DNA of 58,881 bases from Patescibacteria group bacterium (GTDB lineage: Bacteria; Patescibacteriota; UBA1384; GWA2-35-9; JBASTP01): NCBI GenBank assembly GCA_049274945.1, contig JBASTP010000001.1, forward strand, positions 1 to 58,881, read 5' to 3'. The notes under the pieces were generated by a model, which was not told the origin of the DNA, ran no database searches, and saw only the letters and a program-made list of their open reading frames with translations. Positions 13,517-25,563 of the stretch are shown here, in pieces. The translations under genes were made by a program, and so were the position numbers. Within the stretch, counting starts at the first letter, position 1. The number at the start of each line of letters is the position of its first letter.

Positions 13517-14303
13517 GGTTTATTCCCAACTTGCCGCGTTCCTCCAGCCGTTCAATGTTCTGACGCGGCCCACCGAGATTGTTGATCTTTTGATTGTCGC
13601 AGGGCTCGCCTACCTTGCGTACCGATTTATTGAGCACACCCGGGCGGTCAGAATTATTTACGGCATTGTAATTCTCGTGATTATCTGGGCGCTTGGCCGG
13701 GCGCTCGACCTTACGGTATTGAACACCATTATGCGCTGGCTACTAACTTCAATTGTGGTGGCGATTCCCGTGGTGTTCCAACCGGAGCTTCGGGCGGCGC
13801 TCGAAAAAGTAGGGCGCACCACCCGCTTTGTGACCGACTTTCGTAACCTTTCCCGCAAAGAACTCGACTACGTGATTGAGGAACTGACTGCTGCCATAAA
13901 ACAGCTCGTCCGCCAAAAGTTGGGAGCGATCATTGTAATTTCAAGGGGTGTAGGGCTGCAGGAATACCTTGAGAGCGGCGAGCGGCTCGACGGCAAATTA
14001 TCGGCTAAATTACTGACGGCGCTCTTTCAACTCAAGTCCCCGCTCCACGACGGCGCGGTGGTGCTGGAGGGCAACAAAATCCTGGCCGCCGGCGTTACTC
14101 TGCCGCTCGCACCCGAAAAACTCGAGCAAGGTACCCGCCACCGGGCGGCGTTGGGGATTAGCCAAGAAACCGATGCCATTGTGATTGTCGTATCCGAAGA
14201 AGACCAGTCAATCGAACTCGCCTACGAAGGCGCCCTTATTCCCGTGGAATCCGCCAAAGAACTCACGAGACTGCTTACCCAACTCATCAAACGGAAAGGG
14301 TAA
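13509..14303 (+). CDS. cdaA: diadenylate cyclase (CdaA/DisA_N family)
   Basis: N-terminal transmembrane helices, then ...SPLHDGAVVLEGNKILAAGVTLPL...GTRHRAALGISQETDAIVIVVSEE. I chose ATG 13509 (an ATGGCTGA overlap with the infB stop) rather than the track start 13485. Confidence 0.85.
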   Translation: MAEVYSQLAAFLQPFNVLTRPTEIVDLLIVAGLAYLAYRFIEHTRAVRIIYGIVILVIIWALGRALDLTVLNTIMRWLLTSIVVAIPVVFQPELRAALEKVGRTTRFVTDFRNLSRKELDYVIEELTAAIKQLVRQKLGAIIVISRGVGLQEYLESGERLDGKLSAKLLTALFQLKSPLHDGAVVLEGNKILAAGVTLPLAPEKLEQGTRHRAALGISQETDAIVIVVSEEDQSIELAYEGALIPVESAKELTRLLTQLIKRKG

Positions 14304-14356
14304 ATATTACAGCGGCCCTTGACACCCCCACCCCGCCGCGATACACTAAGCGTTGA

Positions 14357-15475
14357 GTGGCTAATATTCCAGGGTTACCGATCCTGGCCAGACTACTTGC
14401 CACAGCCCGTGGTACGCTCACCAACACCAAAAAGATTAAGGTCTGGCTGGGTACGCTAATCCTTTCGCTCAAGCAAAACAAAACCTTAACTAGCTACCGT
14501 ACCAGAGCGCGAGCCGCTAGCGTTGCCTTACGACCAAATTGGCAAGGCACTAATAGCATTGTCGCGCTTTTTTTGATGGTGCTCCTTACCAACATTGTGG
14601 TAGCCAGAGCTCAAGAAGACAACCGTGAATTTCTCGATGTCGATCCTCAAATGGCCGGAGAAATTATTGACGAGGTCGCTCAATATACGCCGTTCGATGA
14701 AGATATCGAGCAAGCTAAGCTTTCAACCTCAGGAGAAACCGAAGGATTTGTGGGCAAACCCAATTTTGTAGAAACCAGGAAAGCCGGCTCGAGCTACACC
14801 GTCCAACCCGGCGACACGCTGGGTAAAATTGCCGAAAAATATAATGTTACGGTAGCGACGATTCTTGATGTTAACGGCATTAAGGCTGCAGATATTGCCA
14901 ACATCAACGCTGGCAAAGTCCTCCAGATTCCGCCCTACAACACTTCGGATTCGACGGCTTGGCTCGAGGAAACCGCCAAAATTGCCCAGGCCAAAGTCGA
15001 TGCCCGCGCCCGGCAGCAGGCTAAACGCAAACTCGCCCAAGGGCGCGACAGCGTTGGCCGCGGCGACGATCGTGATGAGTTGCAAACCTCAGGCGCTCAG
15101 TATAATGGCGACTCAGAAAGCTGCAGTATCAACCCCGCCACTCAAACGCTTGGCATCTCCCGCGGCATTACTAGGGGACATCAAGGCATAGATATTAGGG
15201 CTCACCAAGGTACTCCGATTGTTGCCGGCAAAACCGGTGTCGTTTCATCAGTCGGCTGGAGAAGAGGATTCGGTAAAACTGTTACTATCCGCGAAGGTGG
15301 CGGACGTGAATCAATCTATGCCCATACGTCGGGATTTGCCGATATTAAACCCGGAGAAACCGTGGAGCAGGGCCAGGCGATTGCCTATGTTGGTTCAACC
15401 GGCCGATCAACCGGACCTCACCTCCACTACGAGGTACACCAAAATGGCCGTGTGGTCAACCCGTTCAAGTGTTGA
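14357..15475 (+). CDS. LysM-domain M23 family metallopeptidase
   Basis: LysM region YTVQPGDTLGKIAEKYNVTVATILDVNGI...GKVLQIP. M23 motifs HQGIDI and GSTGRSTGPHLHYEVHQNG. The GTG start is uncertain. Confidence 0.85.
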   Translation: MANIPGLPILARLLATARGTLTNTKKIKVWLGTLILSLKQNKTLTSYRTRARAASVALRPNWQGTNSIVALFLMVLLTNIVVARAQEDNREFLDVDPQMAGEIIDEVAQYTPFDEDIEQAKLSTSGETEGFVGKPNFVETRKAGSSYTVQPGDTLGKIAEKYNVTVATILDVNGIKAADIANINAGKVLQIPPYNTSDSTAWLEETAKIAQAKVDARARQQAKRKLAQGRDSVGRGDDRDELQTSGAQYNGDSESCSINPATQTLGISRGITRGHQGIDIRAHQGTPIVAGKTGVVSSVGWRRGFGKTVTIREGGGRESIYAHTSGFADIKPGETVEQGQAIAYVGSTGRSTGPHLHYEVHQNGRVVNPFKC

Positions 15476-15478
15476 TAG

Positions 15479-16480
<1,002 letters not shown>

Positions 16481-16560
16481 CATATACCCCTTTCTTTAGT
16501 ATCCTACCAAACACAGCACCCTGATAATCCAAACTTCTTTTCGTCTTAAGGAGAACCCAC

Positions 16561-17205
16561 ATGAACTCTTTGTTTTTGGTTGGTGGGCCACCGACTGTTG
16601 GAAAAAACGAATGCTGCAGTCAAATTGGCACCTACATCCGGAATGTCGAAGTTACAAACTTCTGGAAATTTGTGAGAGAAGCGGCGAAAGCAATCGGAAC
16701 GCGACCCGAAATCATGACGACCTCTCAAATTCACAGATTGCTCCCAACTGTTAAACAGAACATCGCCCATTTAGTGGAAAGACAAACAGTGGTGATGCTG
16801 ACGAGCTTCACGCATCTTACGGTAACAGCTGGTCTGAACTCCCGACCGGATTTCTCCGATAGAGACTTCACCACCCTTATCGAAGATATAATACCAACGA
16901 TCTATATCCATCTCGATGCGAGGTCGGAAGTTATTATTAGCAATGCGGATGCGAAGCGAAGGGGACTCCCACTGGGCGTGTACCGTCATACGTTCAACTT
17001 TTTGACACCACGTGACCCTCAAGAACGCATTCGGCTTGTCACTGCACGGCGGTTAGCCGAAGCGATCGAAGCGCGCAGATTGGCCAAGAAACATCAAGTT
17101 CCGCTCTATGAACTTACGGTAGAACCTGGTAAATATTTCGAATTACAAATGGCAATAGTCCGGCTGGTGGGCAAACACGGCGGTCGTTCAAAAAAACCGA
17201 TCTGA
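16561..17205 (+). CDS. hypothetical P-loop-like protein
   Basis: N-terminal LVGGPPTVGKNE resembles a Walker A loop. AAGGAGA ribosome-binding site upstream and a terminator downstream. Confidence 0.6.
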   Translation: MNSLFLVGGPPTVGKNECCSQIGTYIRNVEVTNFWKFVREAAKAIGTRPEIMTTSQIHRLLPTVKQNIAHLVERQTVVMLTSFTHLTVTAGLNSRPDFSDRDFTTLIEDIIPTIYIHLDARSEVIISNADAKRRGLPLGVYRHTFNFLTPRDPQERIRLVTARRLAEAIEARRLAKKHQVPLYELTVEPGKYFELQMAIVRLVGKHGGRSKKPI

Positions 17206-17235
17206 AGTGACTCTTTCGAGTCACTTCTTTTTCTT
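17205..17235 (+). terminator. intrinsic terminator
   Basis: AAGTGACTC tttc GAGTCACTT followed by CTTTTTCTT. Confidence 0.6.
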
Positions 17236-17289
17236 ACACGGTATGCCTGTCCCCTTTCCACCACGATGGTGGAAGTAAGGTTGTAGCCC

Positions 17290-17318
17290 TTGACAACCGT
17301 AAGATGAGCTGCTACATT
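17290..17318 (+). promoter_or_regulatory. candidate sigma70-type promoter for rpoBC
   Basis: TTGACA, 17-nt spacer, TACATT, about 90 nt upstream of rpoB. Confidence 0.4.
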
Positions 17319-17408
17319 AAGGGAAGAATCTAATTATAACGCCAAGGGTGAGCGACATAAACCTGGCTTAGTTTAAGGGGACAATAAACGCCCCGTGGGT
17401 GTGTTTTT

Positions 17409-20400
17409 TTGGTATCGTCAACCGTGAATAGAATAAGCTACCAAAAACCAATCATCGAGATTCCCCTTCCTGATCTTATTTCGGTACAAAAAGAATCCTA
17501 TAAGTGGCTGTTTACCGAAGGGGTCAAGGAACTGCTCGACGAAATTAATCCGGTGGAAGATTTCACCGGACGAAACTTCGTGCTCGAGTTTGGCGAGTTC
17601 GGCTTGGACGAACCGAAAGTTGACGAAGAAACCGCCAAGCACAAAAACCTCACCTACAAGGCGCCGCTCAAAGTTAAGGTAACCCTCACCAACAAAATTA
17701 CCAATAAACGCCAGAACGGCGAAGTCTTTTTGGGCGACTTCCCGATTATGACGCCGCGCGGCACCTTTGTAATCAACGGCGTTGAGCGGGTGGTGGTTAC
17801 CCAGATTGTCCGTTCGTTCGGCACGCTCTTTATTGCCGAGGATTCGCCGAGCGGCCGAAAATTATTTGGCGCTAAAGTTATCCCAACCCGGGGCGCCTGG
17901 CTCGAGTTTGAAACTTCATCAAGGGACGTAATCTCGGTGAAAATCGACCGCAAGCGCCGAATCCCCATTACCACCTTCCTCCGGGCGATGGGCGGCTACA
18001 CACCCGATGAAATTAAAGACCTGTTTGCCGACGAAGACAGCCACCCCGACCATCACTACATTGCTTCAACGCTCGAACGCGATCCGGCTGAAACGGAAGA
18101 CGAAGCGGTGGTCGAAGTGTATAAACGAATTCGGCCGGGCGATCTCGCCACGCCGGAATCTGCCCGAACCTTCGTGGAAACCATGTTCTACAACAACAAG
18201 CGCTACTCCCTCGGCAAGGTCGGCCGTTACAAAATGAACCAGCGGCTGGGCGTGAATGTCCCCAACACGACAACCAACCGACTACTCCGAATTGACGATA
18301 TCATTATCTTAATCAAAGAAATTATCCGGCTCAATAACGACCCCGAGGCAAAAGCCGACGACATTGACCACCTCAAGAACCGCCGCGTCCGGGCGGTCGG
18401 TGAGCTCGTTCAATCCCGTCTCCGGGTGGGCCTTTTGCGCATGGAGCGCATTATCAAAGACCGCATGTCGGTGTCTGACCCGCAAACCATTACCCCCGGC
18501 CAACTCGTTAATAACCGGCCGATCATTGCGGTACTCCAAGAGTTCTTTGCCTCATCGCAGCTCTCGCAGTTTATGGATCAAACCAACCCCTTGGCCGAGC
18601 TCGAGCACAAGCGCCGGATTGCCGCCACCGGCCCGGGCGGGCTTTCCCGTGAGCGAGCCGGCTTTGAGGTGCGCGACGTCCACAACTCCCACTATGGCCG
18701 CATTTGCCCGATCACTACCCCAGAAGGCCCTAACATTGGTTTGGTGGGTCAACTTGCTACCTACGCCAAAATTAATGAGTACGGTTTTATCGAAACGCCC
18801 TATCTCAAGGTCATCAAAGTCAACGGCCGCCCTAAGGTAACCACCGAGGTACTCTACCTCGATGCCGCCACCGAAGAGCGCCACATTATTGCGCCGGCCA
18901 GTACGCCGATTGACGCCAAAAACTTCATCCTCGGCGATAAAACCGTGGTTCGGGTGCACGGCGAACCTAAAATTGATGCGGTTTCTAAAATTGAATATAT
19001 CGACGTTTCGCCGCGGCAGATTGTTTCGGTCTCAACCGCGCTCATTCCCTTTGTTGAAAACGACGACGCGGTGCGCGCTTCCATGGGCTCAAACATGCTC
19101 CGACAAGCCGTGCCGCTCGTGCGGCCGGACTCACCGATTGTCGGTACCGGCATGGAGCGCGATGCCGCCCGCGACTCAGGCCAGCTGATTTTTTCGGAGG
19201 AACCCGGCGTTATTCTCGAAGCTGACTCATCGCACATCATCGTGCAAGGCAAAACCAAAAAAACCTACCGGCTCTCAAAGTTTGTGCGGAGTAACCAAGG
19301 TACCTGCATTAACCAACGCCCGGTGGTACAAGCCGGCGATCACGTGGCTAAAAATCAGTTGCTGGCCGACTCATCGGGCACCGATCAAGGCGAACTGGCG
19401 CTCGGTCAAAACGTCCTCGTGGCGTTCATGAGTTTTGCCGGGGGCAACTTTGAAGACGCGATTATTATTTCGGATCGCATGGTACGGCAAGACCGCTACA
19501 CCTCAATCCACATCGAAAAACACACTATTGAGGTGCGGGAGACTAAACTCGGCCCGGAACTCGTGACCCGCGACATTCCCAACGTTTCCGAGGAAGCGCT
19601 CGCCGACCTGGACGAGATTGGGATTGTCATAAACGGCGCCTGGGTGGAATCAGGCGATATCTTGGTCGGTAAAATCTCGCCCAAAGGTGAAACCGAACTC
19701 TCGGCCGAAGAAAAATTGCTCCGGGCAATCTTTGGTGAAAAGGCAAAGGAAGTGATGGACACCTCGCTGCGACTGCCCCACGGCGAGTACGGTAAGGTAG
19801 TTGACGTTAAAATTTTCTCCAAAGATGCGGGCGATGAACTGCCCGCCGGCGTAAGCCAGTCGGTGGAAGTATCAGTTGCCCAACTGCGCAAGGTTTCGGT
19901 TGGCGACAAACTGGCCGGCCGCCACGGCAACAAGGGAGTGATTTCCCAAATCTTGCCGGTTGAGGATATGCCACGGCTGCCCGACGGCACGCCGGTTGAT
20001 ATTATCCTCAATCCCTTAGGCGTAGTCTCACGGATGAACCTTGGCCAAATTATGGAAACCCATTTGGGTTGGGCGGCCGAGAAACTCGGGTTCAAGATCG
20101 CCTCACCGGTGTTCCAGGGTATCCGACTTGCCGAGATCGAGAACCTCCTTACCAAAAGCCAACTACCCAAAGAAGGTAAAATCCAGCTCTACGACGGCCG
20201 CACCGGTGAACGGTTCGATGAAGTGACGACCGTGGGCCAAATCTACATGATGAAACTGATCCACTTGGTTGATGATAAAATCCACGCCCGCTCAACCGGC
20301 CCCTACTCTATGGTCACCCAGCAGCCCCTGGGGGGCAAAGCCCAATTCGGCGGCCAGCGGTTTGGCGAAATGGAAGTATGGGCGCTCGAGGCCTACGGCG

Positions 20401-20762
20401 CCGCCCACATCCTCCAGGAAATGCTGACCATCAAATCCGACGACGTCTATGGCCGTTCCAAAGCTTACGAGTCGATTATCAAGGGTGAGCAGATTCAGAA
20501 ACCCTCCACCCCCGCCTCGTTTATGGTGCTGATGCGCGAGCTTCAGAGCCTGGGCCTCAATGTTGACATGCTCCATAGAGGGCAGGCCGTGGCCGATCCG
20601 ACCATGCCTAAAACTACCGTCAAACCGATTACCAAATCTCACGATCTTGACGAGGAGATTACCGAAATCCTCACCACCCAAGAAAAACCGAGCGAGGTAC
20701 CCAAATCCGCCCCGATTGACGAAGGCGAGGCAAAAGCTAAATCATCTAAAAAGAATCCATAA
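17409..20762 (+). CDS. rpoB: DNA-directed RNA polymerase subunit beta
   Basis: Conserved beta blocks, e.g. [31 protein letters not shown] start as in the track; GTG 17424 is also possible. Confidence 0.97.
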   Translation: MVSSTVNRISYQKPIIEIPLPDLISVQKESYKWLFTEGVKELLDEINPVEDFTGRNFVLEFGEFGLDEPKVDEETAKHKNLTYKAPLKVKVTLTNKITNKRQNGEVFLGDFPIMTPRGTFVINGVERVVVTQIVRSFGTLFIAEDSPSGRKLFGAKVIPTRGAWLEFETSSRDVISVKIDRKRRIPITTFLRAMGGYTPDEIKDLFADEDSHPDHHYIASTLERDPAETEDEAVVEVYKRIRPGDLATPESARTFVETMFYNNKRYSLGKVGRYKMNQRLGVNVPNTTTNRLLRIDDIIILIKEIIRLNNDPEAKADDIDHLKNRRVRAVGELVQSRLRVGLLRMERIIKDRMSVSDPQTITPGQLVNNRPIIAVLQEFFASSQLSQFMDQTNPLAELEHKRRIAATGPGGLSRERAGFEVRDVHNSHYGRICPITTPEGPNIGLVGQLATYAKINEYGFIETPYLKVIKVNGRPKVTTEVLYLDAATEERHIIAPASTPIDAKNFILGDKTVVRVHGEPKIDAVSKIEYIDVSPRQIVSVSTALIPFVENDDAVRASMGSNMLRQAVPLVRPDSPIVGTGMERDAARDSGQLIFSEEPGVILEADSSHIIVQGKTKKTYRLSKFVRSNQGTCINQRPVVQAGDHVAKNQLLADSSGTDQGELALGQNVLVAFMSFAGGNFEDAIIISDRMVRQDRYTSIHIEKHTIEVRETKLGPELVTRDIPNVSEEALADLDEIGIVINGAWVESGDILVGKISPKGETELSAEEKLLRAIFGEKAKEVMDTSLRLPHGEYGKVVDVKIFSKDAGDELPAGVSQSVEVSVAQLRKVSVGDKLAGRHGNKGVISQILPVEDMPRLPDGTPVDIILNPLGVVSRMNLGQIMETHLGWAAEKLGFKIASPVFQGIRLAEIENLLTKSQLPKEGKIQLYDGRTGERFDEVTTVGQIYMMKLIHLVDDKIHARSTGPYSMVTQQPLGGKAQFGGQRFGEMEVWALEAYGAAHILQEMLTIKSDDVYGRSKAYESIIKGEQIQKPSTPASFMVLMRELQSLGLNVDMLHRGQAVADPTMPKTTVKPITKSHDLDEEITEILTTQEKPSEVPKSAPIDEGEAKAKSSKKNP

Positions 20763-23700
20763 TGGCAACCCAACGAGACAGCCGACAACTCGGTACCTCT
20801 GACTTCGACGCGCTGCGCATTTCTGTGGCATCGCCCGATGATATTATGGGGTGGTCCCACGGCGAGGTTACCAAACCCGAAACTATTAACTACCGCACCC
20901 AGAAGCCGGAACGTGACGGCCTGTTCGACGAACGCATTTTTGGCCCAACCAAAGACTACGAATGTTACTGCGGCAAGTATAAAAAAATCCGCTACAAGGG
21001 TGTGGTGTGCGACAAGTGCGGCGTGGAGGTGACTCGCGCCTCGGTGCGGCGTGAGCGAATGGGCCACATTGATCTTTCGGTTCCCGTAGCCCACATCTGG
21101 TTTTTGCGCGGCGTGCCTTCAATTCTCGGGCTCATTTTGGATCTTTCGGTCAACGAGCTCGAACGGGTAGTCTACTTTGGCGCCTACTTGGTGCTCGGGG
21201 TTAACGACCAGGTTAAAAATGGCGTGCTCCAGCAGCTCGAAACCGAATACAAGGAGGCAAAATCCGGCACCTCGACCAAAGCCGAACTCGAAACCGCCTA
21301 CCGCCAAGTCAAACACGAAATTAACCAAATCCTGCCGAACATGCTCATAAATGAGGAGCGTTACCACGAACTCTCTTTGAAGTACGGTAACATTGTTACC
21401 GTTGGCATTGGCGCCGAGGCGCTTGATACTCTGCTGCAAAAAATCAAGCTGCCCGAAGAAATCAAAAAACTCACGGCGCTCGTTGAAACGAGCCAGGGTG
21501 CCGCGAAGCGCCGGCTCCTGCGAAGACTCCGTCTCCTCATGAGCATGCGCAAAGCAGGGATCGAGCCCAAGTGGCTGCTGACCCGCCGGCTCCCGGTCCT
21601 GCCGCCTGACCTGCGGCCGATGGTCCAGCTCGACGGCGGCCGCTTCGCCGCCTCGGATTTAAACGATCTCTACCGCCGGGTGATTAACCGCAACAACCGG
21701 CTCAAGCGCTTGCTTGCCCAGGGCGCGCCCGAGGTGATTACCCGCAACGAAAAACGGATGCTCCAGGAAGCGGTTGATGCCTTGGTCGACAACTCCTCAA
21801 GAAAAACCAGAGCCGTAACCACCGGCGCCGGCAACCGCAAATTGCGTTCGCTCTCGGATATGCTCCGGGGCAAACAGGGCCGGTTCCGCCAAAACCTACT
21901 CGGCAAGCGGGTTGACTACTCGGGCCGCTCGGTGATTGTGGTTGGACCAAAACTCAAGCTCCACCAGTGTGGTCTTCCGAAAGTTATTGCCCTGGAGCTC
22001 TTCAAACCTTTTGTTATTTCAAAACTGGTTGAGGAAGGCTATGTTCACAACGTTAAAAACGCCTCGAGGTTGATCGACCGCGGCACCCCCGAAGTGTGGG
22101 ACATTCTTGAACGAATTACCACCAACTCCTACGTCTTGCTCAACCGCGCTCCCACCCTCCACCGCCTTGGCATTCAGGCCTTCCAACCGGTGCTGGTTGA
22201 GGGTAAGGCAATCCAGGTGCATCCCCTGGTGTGTTTGGCGTTTAACGCCGACTTTGACGGCGACCAAATGGCGGTGCACTTGCCCCTTTCATCGCAAGCC
22301 GTGGAAGAAGCCAAGCAGATTATGCTCTCATCCCGCAACCTCCTTAAACCCGCTTCCGGTGAACCGGTGATTCAGCCCCGTTACGACATTGTATTTGGCT
22401 GTTTCTACCTCACCACCATAAAAGAAGGTGTCCAAGGTGCCGGTAAAATATTTTCATCATCTGACGAGGCAATCAATGCCTATCACCTGGGCGCCGTTCA
22501 CATTCGCGCCAAAATAAGGGTACGGTTCAACGGCCAGCTCATCGAAACCACCATTGGCCGGCTGCTCTTTAACCAAATCCTGCCCGAGGGTTGGCCCTAC
22601 GTCAACGAACCGCAGAACAATAAAACCCTCAAAGAACTGATCTCGAGCGTTTACCGCGAGCGCGGCATCGAGCAAACCGCCGCCCTGGCCGATCGAGTGA
22701 AAGATCTTGGTTTTGAATATGCCACCGTTTCGGGCCTTACCATCTCGATGGCCGACTTGCACGTTCCCGCCAGTAAAGATGCTTTAATTAACCAAGGCAC
22801 CAAGCAGGTGGAGGATATCGAAACCCAATACCTCAAAGGATTGATTACCGAGCAGGAGCGCGACTTCAAAATTATTGAAACCTGGACGCTGATTCGTTCC
22901 GAAATCGAACGCAATATGGTCGCTGAGTTCGATAAGGAATCACCGGTCTACTTGATGGTTGCCTCGGGTGCCCGTGGTAGCTTTGCCCAGATTATTCAGA
23001 TGGCCGGTATGAAAGGACTAGTGGTTAACCCAACCGGTGAAATTATCACCGTCCCGGTTAAGGCGAACTTCAAGGAAGGCCTCGACGTATACCAGTACTT
23101 CATTTCAACCCACGGCGCCCGCAAGGGTAAATCCGACACCTCGCTGCGCACCTCCGACGCTGGCTACCTTACCCGGCGGCTCGTTGATGTGGCCCAGGAC
23201 ATTATTATTTTCGAGGACGACTGTGCTACGAAGCGTGGCGTGGTGCTTACCCGCAAGGAATCCCAGGATCTCGGACAAAAGTTTGCGAGCCGGCTCGTGG
23301 GCCGAACGATTGCCGAAACGCTCAGCAATCCCGGCACTAAAAAACCGATCATCAGAAGCGGGGCACTCGTTACCCCTGCTCTTGCAAAACTCCTTGATGC
23401 CTCGAATATCGAATCGGTAAAAGTGCGCTCACCGCTTACGTGCGAGGCCAAACGCGGCGTCTGCCAGGTTTGCTACGCCCTGGATTTGGCGAGCGGCAAC
23501 CTGGTTAGTCGCGGGGAGGCCGTGGGGATTATGGCCGCCCAGGCGATTGGCGAGCCAGGCACCCAGCTCACCATGAAAACCTTCCACATGGGCGGCGTTT
23601 CCGGTGAAGATATTACCACCGGCCTGCCCCGCGTTGAAGAGCTGTTCGAGGCGCGTCAACCCAAACGGCCGGCCGTGCTTGCGGAGATCGCCGGCAAAAT

Positions 23701-24481
23701 AAAAATCGATACCGAGGGTGATAACTTTAAGATCTCGGTCGTCAGCATTAACCCCGCCAAACGGCGCATTACCGTGCCAGCCGGATTAAAAATTGCGGTC
23801 AAAGATGATCAAACCATCCGCCCTCGCCAGCCGCTCTACACCCTCTCCGATGGCACCCTGGTTCGCTCGGAAATTGGCGGTGTTACTAAAGTTGAGGGTA
23901 ATGTTATTACCATAACCGGCAAAGAAAAAGAAATTGTGGAATATGTGGTGCCGGCCGGCACGCCGCTCCTCGTTACCGATGACCAAACTATCGAGCGAGG
24001 CCACGCCATCAATGAAGGCTACCTTGATTTGGGCCAAGCCCTCGAACTCCAGGGCCGCGAGGCGGCGCAAAAGTATGTGATTGCCGAAATCCAGAAGATT
24101 TACCAGTCGCAGGGCCAAGAAATTAACGATCGCCACTTGGAAATCATTGTTCGGCAAATGTTTTCCAAGGTAAAGGTGATCGACGGCGGCGATACCGACC
24201 TACTGCCGGGCCAAATTATCGAGCGGGACAAGGCCGTCGAACAATCAGAAAAGCTCAAAGCCAGCGGCAAAAAGCCGCTCACCTTCGAGGACATTGTGCT
24301 CGGGATCACCCGGATTGCCCTCAAAACCGAGTCATTCCTCTCGGCTGCCTCATTCCAGGAAACCACGTCAATCCTCATTGAAGCGGCGGTCTCCGGCAAG
24401 GTGGACGAGCTCAAGGGCTTGAAAGAAAACGTGATTATTGGTAAACTGATCCCTGCAGGGACGGGATCCAGAAAAACATAA
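20762..24481 (+). CDS. rpoC: DNA-directed RNA polymerase subunit beta'
   Basis: Zn-finger CxC...CxxC near the N-terminus and catalytic NADFDGDQMAVH. The ATG overlaps the rpoB TAA. Confidence 0.97.
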   Translation: MATQRDSRQLGTSDFDALRISVASPDDIMGWSHGEVTKPETINYRTQKPERDGLFDERIFGPTKDYECYCGKYKKIRYKGVVCDKCGVEVTRASVRRERMGHIDLSVPVAHIWFLRGVPSILGLILDLSVNELERVVYFGAYLVLGVNDQVKNGVLQQLETEYKEAKSGTSTKAELETAYRQVKHEINQILPNMLINEERYHELSLKYGNIVTVGIGAEALDTLLQKIKLPEEIKKLTALVETSQGAAKRRLLRRLRLLMSMRKAGIEPKWLLTRRLPVLPPDLRPMVQLDGGRFAASDLNDLYRRVINRNNRLKRLLAQGAPEVITRNEKRMLQEAVDALVDNSSRKTRAVTTGAGNRKLRSLSDMLRGKQGRFRQNLLGKRVDYSGRSVIVVGPKLKLHQCGLPKVIALELFKPFVISKLVEEGYVHNVKNASRLIDRGTPEVWDILERITTNSYVLLNRAPTLHRLGIQAFQPVLVEGKAIQVHPLVCLAFNADFDGDQMAVHLPLSSQAVEEAKQIMLSSRNLLKPASGEPVIQPRYDIVFGCFYLTTIKEGVQGAGKIFSSSDEAINAYHLGAVHIRAKIRVRFNGQLIETTIGRLLFNQILPEGWPYVNEPQNNKTLKELISSVYRERGIEQTAALADRVKDLGFEYATVSGLTISMADLHVPASKDALINQGTKQVEDIETQYLKGLITEQERDFKIIETWTLIRSEIERNMVAEFDKESPVYLMVASGARGSFAQIIQMAGMKGLVVNPTGEIITVPVKANFKEGLDVYQYFISTHGARKGKSDTSLRTSDAGYLTRRLVDVAQDIIIFEDDCATKRGVVLTRKESQDLGQKFASRLVGRTIAETLSNPGTKKPIIRSGALVTPALAKLLDASNIESVKVRSPLTCEAKRGVCQVCYALDLASGNLVSRGEAVGIMAAQAIGEPGTQLTMKTFHMGGVSGEDITTGLPRVEELFEARQPKRPAVLAEIAGKIKIDTEGDNFKISVVSINPAKRRITVPAGLKIAVKDDQTIRPRQPLYTLSDGTLVRSEIGGVTKVEGNVITITGKEKEIVEYVVPAGTPLLVTDDQTIERGHAINEGYLDLGQALELQGREAAQKYVIAEIQKIYQSQGQEINDRHLEIIVRQMFSKVKVIDGGDTDLLPGQIIERDKAVEQSEKLKASGKKPLTFEDIVLGITRIALKTESFLSAASFQETTSILIEAAVSGKVDELKGLKENVIIGKLIPAGTGSRKT

Positions 24482-24483
24482 CT

Positions 24484-24560
24484 TAATGTAAAATACAAAG
24501 TGCAAATCTCAAAGTGACAGTTTAAAATTTTAAATTTTGAGATTTAAATTTTGAATTTGA
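24484..24560 (+). repeat. AT-rich hairpin element (family copy 1) in the rpoC-rpsL spacer
   Basis: AAGTGCAAATCTCAAAGTGACAG..., with AAATCTCAAA (24504-24513) pairing with TTTGAGATTT (24536-24545). Confidence 0.5.
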
Positions 24561-24571
24561 GCGAAGCGAAC

Positions 24572-24991
24572 ATGCCTACCATCAATCAATTAATTCGAAA
24601 CGGCCGCACGGCCAAACCGCGCAAGTGGAAGACTCCCGCGCTCCACTACGGCTTTAACTATCTCAAAAACCAACCAATCATTCTCAAAAAAGGCAGGCCA
24701 TTTATGCGCGGCGTGGCAATTAAGGTAACCACTACCACCCCCAAAAAACCAAACTCGGCGCTTCGTAAAATTGCCCGGGTTCGGCTAACCTCCGGCCAGG
24801 AGGTAACCGCCTACATCCCCGGTGAAGGCCACAACCTCCAGGAACACTCGGTGGTGATTATTCGCGGCGGCCGGGTAAAAGATTTGCCGGGCGTGCGCTA
24901 CCATGTCGTCCGCGGCAAGTACGACACCGCCGGCGTGGAAAACCGCAAGCAAGGACGATCGCTCTACGGCGCCAAAAAACCGAAAGCATAA
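24572..24991 (+). CDS. rpsL: 30S ribosomal protein S12
   Basis: [12 protein letters not shown]..., [38 protein letters not shown] 24572 is preferred to the track start 24551. Confidence 0.97.
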   Translation: MPTINQLIRNGRTAKPRKWKTPALHYGFNYLKNQPIILKKGRPFMRGVAIKVTTTTPKKPNSALRKIARVRLTSGQEVTAYIPGEGHNLQEHSVVIIRGGRVKDLPGVRYHVVRGKYDTAGVENRKQGRSLYGAKKPKA

Positions 24992-25089
24992 CAAATCAAA
25001 ATGCAAATCTTAAACATCAAAATGACAGATCAAAATTTAAAAATTTTACTTTTTCATTTTGATATTTGATTTTTAATATTTGAATTATT
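24992..25089 (+). repeat. AT-rich hairpin element (family copy 2) in the rpsL-rpsG spacer
   Basis: AAAATGCAAATCTTAAACATCAAAATGACAG..., with ATCAAAATGA pairing with TCATTTTGAT. Confidence 0.5.
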
Positions 25090-25563
25090 ATGAGAGGCAC
25101 CAAAACTGCTAAAAAACGAGTTATCGAACCCGACCCAAAGTATCGCTCCGTCGCCTTGGGTAAGTTTATTAATTACCTAATGCGCGAAGGTGCCAAAGCT
25201 ACCGCAACGGCCATTCTCTACCAGGCGTTCGATGAAATCGCTGCCAAAACCAAGGACGACGCCCTCAAAACCTTTGACCTGGCCATCAAGAACGCCTCGC
25301 CGCTCCTTGAGGTGCGGCCCAGGCGGATTGGCGGCGCCACCTACCAGGTACCGATGGAGGTAAAACCGGACCGCCAGCGCGCCCTGGCCTACCGCACCAT
25401 TATCAACTCAGCCCGAAAAAAGCAAGGCAAACCAATGGCACTGTTCCTTGCCGATGAGCTCATGGCTGCCGCTAAGAATGAAGGTGAAGCCGTAAAACGG
25501 CGCGACGACATGCACAAGCTGGCGGAGGCCAACCGCGCTTTCGCGCACTACGCGAGGTTCTAA
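25090..25563 (+). CDS. rpsG: 30S ribosomal protein S7
   Basis: Typical S7 sequence (...[13 protein letters not shown]...) in the str operon position. Confidence 0.97.
   Translation: MRGTKTAKKRVIEPDPKYRSVALGKFINYLMREGAKATATAILYQAFDEIAAKTKDDALKTFDLAIKNASPLLEVRPRRIGGATYQVPMEVKPDRQRALAYRTIINSARKKQGKPMALFLADELMAAAKNEGEAVKRRDDMHKLAEANRAFAHYARF

Noticed and set aside
24572-24991. An apparent 15-aa insertion in S12 ([20 protein letters not shown]) relative to E. coli.
   Set aside because: The same longer N-terminal region is normal for Gram-positive and Mollicute-type S12 proteins, so it is not unusual.
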